NCBI GenBank assembly: GCA_051362555.1
Contig: CM120643.1
Coordinates: 10,726,001-10,790,000, forward strand
Source: Lingula anatina
Taxonomy: Eukaryota; Animalia; Brachiopoda
Direction of reading: 5' to 3'
DNA length: 64,000 nt
Part shown: in pieces, positions 1 through 11,600 of the stretch
Position numbering within the stretch: position 1 is the first letter of the stretch
Layout: every line of letters begins with the position of its first letter
Made by a program: the position numbers and the translations under genes
Notes under the pieces: generated by a model
Databases searched by the model: none
Seen by the model: only the letters and a program-made list of their open reading frames with translations
What the model was told of the DNA's origin: nothing

Positions 1-209
1 AGATTTTAAAAATAAAACCGTTTTGATGAAGACAGAGCTCAGAGTGTATTGGTATCACCATTAATATTATAACCAATGTACCCATGCAGTTTCAGGTTGC
101 AAAAACCGTGTCATATGACATTTGCTGCTTTGAGTTAGACATATCAAAGACATGATTTGATGTCTAGGTGTGAATATTATCGAAAAGTCTTCAACATTTT
201 TTATGGAGG

Positions 210-1215
210 GACACTGGGTGAGGTCAGAATTCCAGGTATGTTATGTGTTAGGTGTTGGTGTTACAGATATGTTACATTAATCAACAATTCTGACCTTTTA
301 CTAAACACCAGTGAAACACCAATGTTAGTGTAGCAGATCTGTTGAAAACTACAGTTCCTGTAACAGACGGTGTTACACCAAACATCTCTGTTACATAAAA
401 TGTTAAATAAATCAGAGCAAACTTTAAAATGTTACGCTTAAATTTTCAATTGCTTATCGGTTTCTACAGGGATCAACGAGGGGTTATCACAGAATTATTT
501 TAGCTTATCTGCTTACGCTATTTAGCATGTCAGATATAAAACATTTGAATTCCTCTTAATTTTAGAAAGTTTAACCACCAAGTGTTACATCTTCAAGAGG
601 TCAAGATTGAACATGTTAGTGTTAGGCTTCGTTCACATGCAATGTCTATTTTCTAAATTCTATTTTCTATTCGCGGCATGTGTTATGATCACGGTCTGTG
701 CCCTGAATATCCCGCGGCGTAATTACTGGCAGCGCGAGCCAGTTACTATAAGTTACTATAAGTAACTGGCTCGCGCTGCCAGTAATTACAGGGCACAGAC
801 CGTGATCATAACACATGCCGCGAATAGAAAATAGAATTTAGAAAATAGACATTGCATGTGAACGAAGCCTTAGTGTCATGGTAAAGAACAACATAAACTG
901 TACATGTATAGTCAAAATGCAAACTGACCTGCTCGCTTCAAACTTGTACGTAGGCTCTCTCCAGTACACACATGTAAGTTGACTTGGGGATTCCCACTGT
1001 GCTATTCTTGCTGGTGTCACACACCAGGAAATGGGTCAACATGGGGCTATCAGCCTGTTAACAACATGCTGCAGCAGAATAGCGGGATGTTGACCACATG
1101 TCAACAGACTGTTTACCTGAACTCCATGTTTTCTTATTTGGGTTAACAGGAATGTTGACAGGTCTGTAACACTAACACCTAACATACCTGGAATTCTGAT
1201 CTCACCCACTGTGTC
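210..1215. mobile_element. Older non-autonomous TIR element hosting the 625-869 MITE
   Basis: Inverted repeats of about 55 bp: TGGGTGAGRTCAGAATTCCAGGTATGTTA...GTGTTACAGA at 210-268 and its reverse complement at 1163-1215. Confidence 0.7.
625..869. mobile_element. Foldback MITE, PIF/Harbinger-like (TTA target duplication)
   Basis: Near-perfect palindrome GGCTTCGTTCACATGC...GCATGTGAACGAAGCC, flanked by TTA at 622-624 and 870-872. Confidence 0.9.
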
Positions 1216-2846
1216 TTGACAGTCAGCTATCATTCTTTCTTTGAATACTGTAGCTTTCCAAATAGTCTGTATTTGTTTAGCAATTTGATGTGATGCAATT
1301 GTAGCAGTTTCAGGAGTGCACGTATTATACAATAATAAAGAAGATATCGTATGTGTACAGGGTCCTCAGTCTTTTCTACATTCATTAAGAATGATATAAT
1401 ACATGATCTCTATTCAAAGTAAGACGATGTGTCCTTCGTAATTATTTTTATTTGCACCTTCATGTTGGTTTATAGCTATAAAATCCACAATAATAATAAT
1501 AATCTTACACAGGATCTCATGTGCGTCAAGTAATTTTTCCTTTGGAAAGAAGCCTTTTTAAAAACGGAATTACTATCACAGGCACAATTTTATTCACTGG
1601 TTCTTCAATGGTGCTTAAAACTGATAAAATTAAATTTTATAGTTTCCACGTAGAACTAAATGTCTAGTAAAAATGACTACATTTAGAAAAAATATTTCAT
1701 AGTTGAGAAAATGAAAATTATTTGATCAATTGCATTTCTGCACAATTTGAAAGGTCTGAAGAAAAAGATGTTTACTCTAAATATTTTAAAATGACGAAAT
1801 ATATAAGAAAATATATATATTATTTGAATATAATTACACATTGCTTGAAATTTTGGAATTTAACTTCTATTTTTGAAGATTAAAAACATTCTGTACTGTT
1901 TAGATTATTGTTCAGTACATCTTCATTTGTTTCCTATTCTTTGTATGCTAAGATATTTTTAAAAACCAATTATTACCTCACTATAACAAGGAGATTCTGA
2001 CCCTAATAGTTTTTTTAAATAAAAAATAATTACCTCTAAAATTTTCTACAAGAATTTTCTTCTTTTACTTGCCTTTTCAACAAATTCGGGTCACTTTGCA
2101 ACTTTTTTTCAATCAATTTTTCCCATACTGCCAGCCTTCCGAGTAGGTTCTAAAGTCCCGTATATATGAACTTCATAATGTTAGTCTTTCCTCTCACTAA
2201 ATGTTATACCTTCATTAAATATATAATATGCCATATGTTATTAGAATAAACTCTGTTTTTTATAATTTTCTTTCATGAAATTAAACACTAAACAGGACTT
2301 GGGAGGTTGGGGTAGCAAGAGATTTAGACTTCAGCTTACAGCTGAATTTAAGTAAAAAAGAATTAAAAAAAAAAAAAAAAAAGCAATGATAAAAATATGG
2401 TAGACCTAATAAGACACAACAACAAATCTTTCACAATGGAGAAACTCAAATAGCTTCCATAATTACTGCCACTGTGAAGGCTAGAGATATATAATACAGT
2501 CCATCGTGCATATTATGAAAGAAACACATCTTTGGCAACTGCAAGTTTGTATAAGGCATCAAGAGATCCCATTCCTGAAATATACATTTACATTCAAGCA
2601 TTAAAAAATACAGCAACTCTCCTATGATTGACAAGGTCTTCTTCTCTGGGGTCAAGTGTCCAAGATCCAGAAATGACCACAATAAACATGCAGTAAAGCT
2701 TAGGCGACTTCATCACTGCTTAAGTCTTATGGCACAGATAGCAATGAAAACCATGAAGGTTTTTTTAGTTATACTAAGTCTATTGAGCAAAGGGATGCCT
2801 TTTAGATTAACCACCTGAGAGCAGGTTGAACGCAGCCGCCTGAATT

Positions 2847-5800
2847 CTAAGCTTGACTTGTCATGTGTGATTTCTTCGATCGACTAGACGAGCTTAAAGA
2901 CATTGCAGCATCACTGTCTCCACGAACACTAGAGAGGTCCAATGGCGGAACGCCTAAATGCGCTGCTTTCACACGAGGCCTTGAAGTCAACCTTACTCGA
3001 GTAGAAATATCTTGATTGTCATCAAAAACGCCATCCTCTTGGAGCATTTTGGCACTGAGAGAGTGATGATTAGTTCTCACAGGGTACGAAGAATCTGTGT
3101 GCAGTTTCTCTTTCTTTTTCTTCATTTTCTTCCGACCTGGGAGCAACCGGTCCGAGTACTCGGGTATCCCGTCCCCAAAAGAGGGACTAGGATCCCTGGA
3201 ACTGGATGACAAACCTGGACTAAGCCGGGTTGAAGATCGTTCAGTGTTTTTTTGAGATCTACTAGATATATTTGTGTCTGATAGAGGGATTTCTTGTAAA
3301 GATTCTGCCGAGTCTGAGTGGTATTCTGGAGCAGGCGATGCTGGAATGATGTCATCAGAGCGAGGGGTCACGTGATGAATGCCGATTGGGTAGGCAGGGA
3401 CATCAATCCGTACGGAGGTACCACGTGGTGTGTATGATGGCTTACGATCTGGAAAATATGAACATCTCAAATGTTAGAGGTCATGTTTCATAACATAAAG
3501 GCCGAAGGTCAGGTTTCATTTTAACCAATTTTTTTCACACCTGGTTATGATTACTTTCTTTTTATTTCTATCACTAAGGTTACATAACTGTGAATTCTCA
3601 AGCTATATTTTTCTCCTTTCTTTTTTTTTTTTTCTTTTCTGCGAGTGGGGTGGGGGGAGTTGGAAGAGATTGAAATCTTAATATAGTTTTTTTAAACTAA
3701 GTCAACAGAGTCTATTATGAATACAAAGTCTATTACAAATATATGAAACACATAATGAGATGCAATGTTAAAAACACTCTCAGTGGGTTAGATTAAAGTA
3801 TAGGAGAAGGTTCTATGTAAAACTTTGATCAGATTTGTGTTTTAGGAGATTGTTTATGATTATTTTAATGAAATTTGTATAAAAAAAGTCCTGCTAAAAC
3901 AACTATAAAAAATTAGAAAACGAAACTATTTATCATGACTTCAGAGCATAGCCAGAAGAAGGTCATGACCTGGATTTCACCACGCTCAAGACCAATCACA
4001 GCAGGGTTCAGCCAGAATGAGATGATGTCATGATGCAACGCAAGTTTGGCAGAAAAGTTGTAAAACTTCTCTTATATAGTATATTCTAAATCAGCTGTCT
4101 GTACAAAACTAACTTCAAAAGTGAGGCAAGTCGAAATAATGTTCAGATAACGTCGCTAACCATAAAAGTAATTCACACATGTATCTTGTTAGTAACCATA
4201 TTTTCGGTACAAATACCAATCAAAAACAGAAAACATAAAGCCCAAAATGCTCTTATACCTGAACCAACTTTGTATGAGCAGAAATATCATCACGTATTGT
4301 AAACATGTTTATACGATAATCATACATACTTGAGCCCTGTGAAGCGCATAGGCCTACTCACGTGTCGAGAAGTTTTGCCAGTGCCTTGTATGTAACACAA
4401 TTCTGCTTTTAGTTTCTTCCACCTCCCCAACTCCCTCCCAACATACACAGGCTGAGACCTTCTGTGTCTGTCTCTTATTTGTTTTCGTATTTAGCGAACT
4501 GGAATGACTACTTTTTTCTTCTCCTTTTATTGCACTCTTCGGACTTTTCGCACGTCTCCATGTTTGCTGTCTTGGCGCCAAAAAGTAACATCCGGGTCTC
4601 AGCTATAGTATTTCATTCATAGTAAACCGTGAGACTTAGAGAGAAATTGCGCGTTCTGAAGCTGTACTGTGAGATGGTAGCTGAGTATTTAAGACGAGTC
4701 GTCTTAAATAAATTAATGGAACTTAATAACGGTTTTAGGTAGCTTCATTTTCTGAATGGTTTTGGATAGGATATACCTTGGCCATTATGGGAAAATTGGT
4801 GAAAATTCAAATGAATGAAAATTCATTTTCTTGCTATATTAAGGGTTTAACCCACTGAGACAGTCTTTAAGCCTAACACACGACTAATATTTTCTACTCA
4901 CATGTCTTCTGCTCCTCTGGAGATGAAGCTGAAGAAGATCCTGATTGTGTTATCAATTCCCTGGCATCTAATTCTGCTGGTTTTGTCTTCACTTTCTTTC
5001 CTGTGGCAATCTTAGTTTTCTTCTTCTTCTTCTTTACCTGAAAGAGAACCCTGCACATAAATAAACTTCATCATAAAAATTTTAAAGACTGGTACCTACT
5101 GTGAGACAAATTACAAAGGGATACACTGATGGATTTACCTCCCCCCCCCCCCCCCCCGAAAAAAAAATAATAAAAATAATAAAATAAATAAATAATAATA
5201 ATTAATTAATTAATAAACAAAACAAAAAAAAGGTGCGTACACAATGCAAAGTTTGTTTATCTCCACTTCTTTTTATGCTTACTATTAATATTTCTATATA
5301 TGGTACCTTTTGTTTAGGCTTATTATCTGTCGCTTCTTCCATCAGCATCTTTTCATAGTCTCTCAGGACACCAGTGCCCCCTTTAGTCAAGTCCCCCTGC
5401 ACACCATTGCCCCCTACAGTAGAGATACTGTACACAGAATCTGATTGTACCATGCCACTGTCAACTGGATGTATTTTGTTTTTCTGAAAAATGAAACAAT
5501 AACACAACCAATCAACAAATATCAAATTTAATCAATTCAAATCTATCAAAGTCAAATTACGTTTAAATTCAAAGTTACAAAAAAAAAAAAAATTCTAAAT
5601 AGCAATATATTTGTTCAAACTTAACACTTGAATTCAACAATGCTTATGTACAAAATGAATTTTAATATCTTATTAATCCTGCTTAAACTATTTCACTTAA
5701 ATAGCATATTTATCCTCAGGCCAATAAAACAGTGAGATTTTTCTTTTAGCCTAAGCCACCTTTTAAACCTTATTGACAGTCAACTCTTGGATGGCCTCAT

Positions 5801-8566
5801 CTCTGCCCTTTTCCCCATTTTCACTGTTTTTCCTTTGAACTCTGCGTTTATAGAAGCCATGAGTAGACAAACCAGACAGTCCTATGGCATAGAAAAAGCA
5901 AAAGAGAACAGGTAGGTGCAAGCCTAAGAGGGATATACATGTAGCAAGACAAAGACAGATTCCAAGAAAAAGTACAAATGTTCATCTTCTTTGGATCCTT
6001 GCTGTGAAATGCACAGGCATGCACAGGTGAAAAGTGGAGTCTCTAGTGTCTACTTTCTAGCTGCAGTAGAAAGCTGAGATTAGTACATACAACACACACA
6101 CAGAGCTGATATTTTTATTAATAACTGAGAAAATATGAAGAGAAAATAGTTTAGAAAAGAACTGCGTAGGGTAACTATTGCACAGTCAAGAGAGAGACTA
6201 ATATTTGTAATAAGCAAAATGCACTGTTGGGAAGAAATACCTTCACCTGGGGAAAACAAGTAGAAAAATAGTTGTAACACAGATCAATCTCGTATTGATT
6301 GGCTGGAAATTGCACCAAAAGAACCAGGAAGAGGGACATTTAGTTAGTCGCTGCACATTGTCGAAGACTATTTGCTCAATAAGCTGCAGAAATATGTACC
6401 AGTGCATGGTAGGGAAGATTTCACTGAATGATCAAACCAAACGCACACACACACACACGAGGCTGAGTAGATGTTGAGAATAGATTATATCAAAGCAACA
6501 TCAGTGATAAAACTACACAAGAAAAGAGACTAGTGCTGAAAAAAGGAAGAAAAAGAGGTTTGCACATAGGAAGATTGCTGGGAAACTGCACAAAGCTCTT
6601 GAAGAGCTGTACCTTCAAAGATGAGCGTTTTGAATTTTCTTCTTTTATTTTGCCTATTTCTCGTTCTCTTGCCTCACGTTCTGCCTCTTGACGCTGCATG
6701 ACAATGTAATCGTAGGTACTGAGATCTTTGCACACTGGAAGAAATAAGGGAGAAAGACTTAAGGTAAGGTCATTCTACTAAACAACTATACTACGTAATT
6801 ATATACCAACACCCATTCCAGAGATTTACTGTGTAAAAACAGCTAAATCAAATAAAGAGAAAAAAATGAAAACCTAATTTCTATTTCATTTCCCATGCAC
6901 AGCAATTGTCATCTAAATGAGAAAACAAAAAAATTGTTATTCATATGTATATATATATATATATACCATATCCCTAGTAAGTAAATTATTATGTCCCAAA
7001 TTAATAAAAAAGAAAATAAATAAATACCTAAAACGTTAAAAAAAATACATTACTTATTCACTGCAACTGTACTCTAAATGAGAAAACAAAAACCTGTTAT
7101 CTTCTAATAAACAGTAAAGGTTATTCTTCAAGTTCTGCAATTCACAACTAGCCATGCCTCCAATGCATATAGAAAAAAAAAAACTTATGACTAAGTCGAG
7201 ACATATTTCCATGGTAAAAATGCACAGGCACAAGTGATTCTAAAAGAGAAAAACACCCAGGAATGAATTAGTACTATTAGTTTTAACATGCAGACTGTTG
7301 CAGGCAGGGGGGAGTGAATTGGACAAAGACATGTGCGTACCTTGACAGAGCCACAACATTGATAAGGTTTTTCTTCAGAAGAACAGGGAATAGGAATCTC
7401 GCCATTCTCAACACTTGACTGACTTGCCACGCCTACATGACCTAATTCTATAACTTCGTCTTGACTTTCATCATTGGAAGACTCTTGTTTCTTGGACCGT
7501 GTCTTCTGAATGTGTTCGTAAAAAGTCAACCCATTGCATCCTACAGAGATTTGAACACAAAAAATATCAGTAAATTATATAGTTTCTTGATCCAGGTGGC
7601 CATCTTGGTTTTGTCAACCAACTTGAAAAGTCCAGTCTAACTTCCTTAAAATAGTCATAAGAAATAAAAATGAAAACATGCTAATGTGTAGCAACCAGTG
7701 ATTTCAAAATCAGTACAGCCATGAAAAACGAATGTTTCAGAAATATATCTAAACCTACAACTTCTGTATTCACTCATAAAATTCTTAATTATAATTCAGT
7801 AATTGATCATATTTGAATTAAAAAAAAAAAACAGTAATATTTGATAAAGAAGACTCAAAAGTTCAGAAATTTAAGATGTGTTTATATCAGAAAGTATGTT
7901 AAGTGAGTAAATAGAACATGATATCTTGCATAAAAATCAATAAATACTGGAATAATTATGTGATACATCCCTAGTTACTAACTTAAAATATCTTTTGGGC
8001 TGTATCTCTTTCTCACATTATCATATCTATGCTTATTCATATCAACTTCCAATTTGGCATTACTTGCATAAAACTTAATTAATCCCTTTTAAATTGCTAC
8101 TATTATCATCTATTCCCAAACTCTATTTTTTTCTAGGAATTTCTTGACAAAAATGGACTAAAACTACAAATAGTTGTAGCTATTGGTAACAAAAGAAAAG
8201 TCACTAAGACTTCATTTATCTATAATATATGAGGGATTGATCAACATTCTAACCATATCACATATGTAAGGTTAAAAAATTATCATGTGAATAAATGTTA
8301 TCAATAAATATTAATTACAGCTCAAATGAATAATAAAATGGAATAGCATAAGTATTAACATCATTTCAACAATAATATATAGGAATTCATCAACATAAAG
8401 CAGATATAAAGTCTCTAACAATTCATTTTGATATGACACTGTCTTTATCTTATACAAAATTTTCATATATTATAAAGAAAATAAAGTGACATTATGATTT
8501 GAGACTTTAAAATAGCCTATAAAGTGTCTTATGAAAAATCAAATTATATTTAAGCATGTTTCAATA

Positions 8567-8617
<51 letters not shown>

Positions 8618-11600
8618 ATTACTTGTCCATATTTCAGTTAGATTAGAGCTGAGACCAATAGCTGTGAATTTCTTAGTTACTGGCCACTGTTTTTACTTTA
8701 GTCAAATAGACTCATAAACACAGCTTGGTGGCTAAAGGGGCCAGTAGAAAAAAAGGTTTTACAGATAGTTAAAAATTACTTACTTAAATAAATATGGAAT
8801 CCCAGCAGGTGTCCTAATAATATAATGGTTATAAGAGCAAGGACTGCTGTGATTCCTAATACTGCGAGCCAGGCTTCATCAGGCACACTGGCATAGAAGA
8901 TATGGAACAACACTGAAAAGAAAATATAAACATACATATATCAAAGCTCTTTAACTCATACCAAAGTCAAAACTGACTGGCTAAAATGTAAGACATTTTA
9001 TAGAGAGAATTTTTAAAAAATTGTGCAATTTTGGTGGTAACTAAGTAATGTTTACAGATGAGCTGAAAGAAATGGAAGAATTTAGAGAACTGTAGCAGTA
9101 GATTTTAAAATTGAAGGGATATGGATTTTGAATTTCATATGATTTTTTGTTTCAGTTTGAGCATTTTTTTTTCATTTATGGGACATAAAATAAAACTGCA
9201 ATAGAAAAAATTCATAATAAAATGACAAAAAAGGAAAAATTCATACCATTTCTATTCCTATATTAATAAATAAAAATATAATTCAAATTGTGCACGAGTA
9301 TAATTTTTAATCATTTACAACACAAACTTAAAATTCCTAACTCCAAAATCTACTTACATGGTGTCTCATAAGGCACAGTTGCAGTGCTGACAGTGCTGAC
9401 AGTGGTGTCTGTAGTACTGTTACTGTACACAGTTGTTAATACTGATGTTGTTGTACTGGATAAATAGTCTGAATGAAAAGAAACAAATACATGTAACATG
9501 AAATAATAGACAGGCGCAACAGTTGCAGTAAATCACTGCTGTTGTTGTTATTGTTGCACATGGCTGATTTTCTAATAGAAATCAGTTATTTAGTAGATTC
9601 ATTACAAACAATAATAAATGTTTCAATCTCAAAAGTGACACTTTTGACTCCCAAAAAGTTGGAAATGTGCTGATAGTCAGCAAAATCTCATTACTGCATG
9701 GCAAAAACTGAAAGGCAGGCACACTTACCTCTATATTGTTGCAATATATGACCATCACTTTTATCTGTGTAGTAGGCAACAAACTGTAGAATACACAGAG
9801 TAAGGATCAACAGGCATCCTACAAGAGCTGTCACCAAGGTTAAAATAAATAGTCTGGAAAAAAATAAAAAAATATTTCTTCATAAAATCAAACCTTTATT
9901 TAATCATTTCTATCTGTTTAATTTAGTTGGATAACACTGAACTAAAAAATCAAAATATAAATAATTTTTCCTCTCCTATCAATGCATGCATGCCATTTGG
10001 AGGGCGGGGGGGGAGGGGGGGGGGGAGGGGGAGAGAGAGAGAGAATATATTCAGCAATTACTAGTGCTGGTGAATGCAAGTTCTGCACTTATATCTACTC
10101 AAAGCTCAAGTCAAAATCATACTCTAAATGTATGAAGGGTCACCACATGTTTTAAAGAACAAAGAATTTGAAACGTAAAATTTTGGAAGTGCTAATACAC
10201 GACAAGTAAGCGACCCTGCTATCCCCCAATGAACAAAGGGCAACTGAGGGGTGTAAGGAGGCCATTCACTTTTACTTAACAGAATTCACACTGGAGCCTT
10301 ACATTTGTCAGTATTGTGAAAAGGCTTCATTTTTTGGGGGCGTTTGTGTGGTTGTGTTACTAGCAAGGGCCAACAACATAAACAAATCATTATGTCACTG
10401 CCATTTCATGGTCAACAAGGTTTTTTAAGGATGGTATGCCTTACTAATGGCCAGTATTTTGTTACAAAATGTGGAATTTCTCTACTTACATTCAAACAAA
10501 GGATAATTGTGAACGCGTCTGAAAGGGGGGGGGGGAGAGAGATGCTGTAAACACTTGCTAGTGCCAGTGCATGCAAGTTCTGTACACAAATCCACTTAAA
10601 ACACAAGTCTAAATTATACTCTAAATGTAAGAAAAGCCAACACTCCTGTTAAAAATTGAAAAACTTTGCACGTAATTTTTTGGAAGTGCTAATACATGAC
10701 AAATAAGCAATCCTACCATCCCATGATGAATAAAGGGCAACTCAGAACACTAAAGAGGCTACTCAGGTTGGGCCATTATGAAAGAATTCACACTGGAGCC
10801 TTACAAATGTCAGTTCTGTGACAAGGCTTCATTTTTTGGGGATCTCTGCAAGGTACCAACAGAGGTCAGTAATAATGACAAAGAAATAAGTCATGGCCAT
10901 TGTGAATACACAGTTGTACAAGGACAGTTTGCCACGTTGATGACATGCCCTTGCTAGGTAAGTCATATACTCCCCACATTTGCTAAGATACAGAGGCTGG
11001 CTGGGACATCATGCCTAGGATTTATCATGAAGTGTAGTAAAATATTTAGAAGCAGTTTGGCCTTTTTAGATATGTTTCTTAGGTCTACTTTAAGCAAAAA
11101 AAAAAAAAAAAAAAAACTGCTTCAATCAAAATGTGATCTTAAAGTAACAAAATTTTAGTTATTAGTTTTTTATGGTCATTATTCGAAGATCTCTGAATTC
11201 TTAGTATTATTTTTGCATAAGATACGCTTGTGACTCATAAGCAGCTGTCACATGTCCTAGAGTTAACTTACTTGTAGTTTCTGCCTCCTACGCAGTTATT
11301 GAGCCACTTACAGTGGTGATCAAAATCACTGACACACTTGTTACAGGCACTACAATGTTTAGATTTTGGTCCTCTGAAAGGAGAAAAGATAAATTTTGCA
11401 TTAACACCTGCATTTCCTATCCAAATAACAAAGTAAGAAATTTCACTCTCCCAAAGTAAAAGAAACTTAAGCCAGTTTTATCCACTCTATACAAATTCAA
11501 ATCTTCTGAAGTATCATATTAAATGTCAGTACAGCAGAATCATATTAATCAAGTTCTCAAACCTTAAAAAAAGAAATGCAACTTACACTTCTACTTCACA

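Noticed and set aside
4354-4581. Minus-strand ORF MAPRQQTW... as an extra ZDHHC1 exon
   Set aside because: It lies inside a TTAA-flanked transposon relic and has no convincing acceptor. Exons 5037-4902 and 3448-2847 already join in phase.
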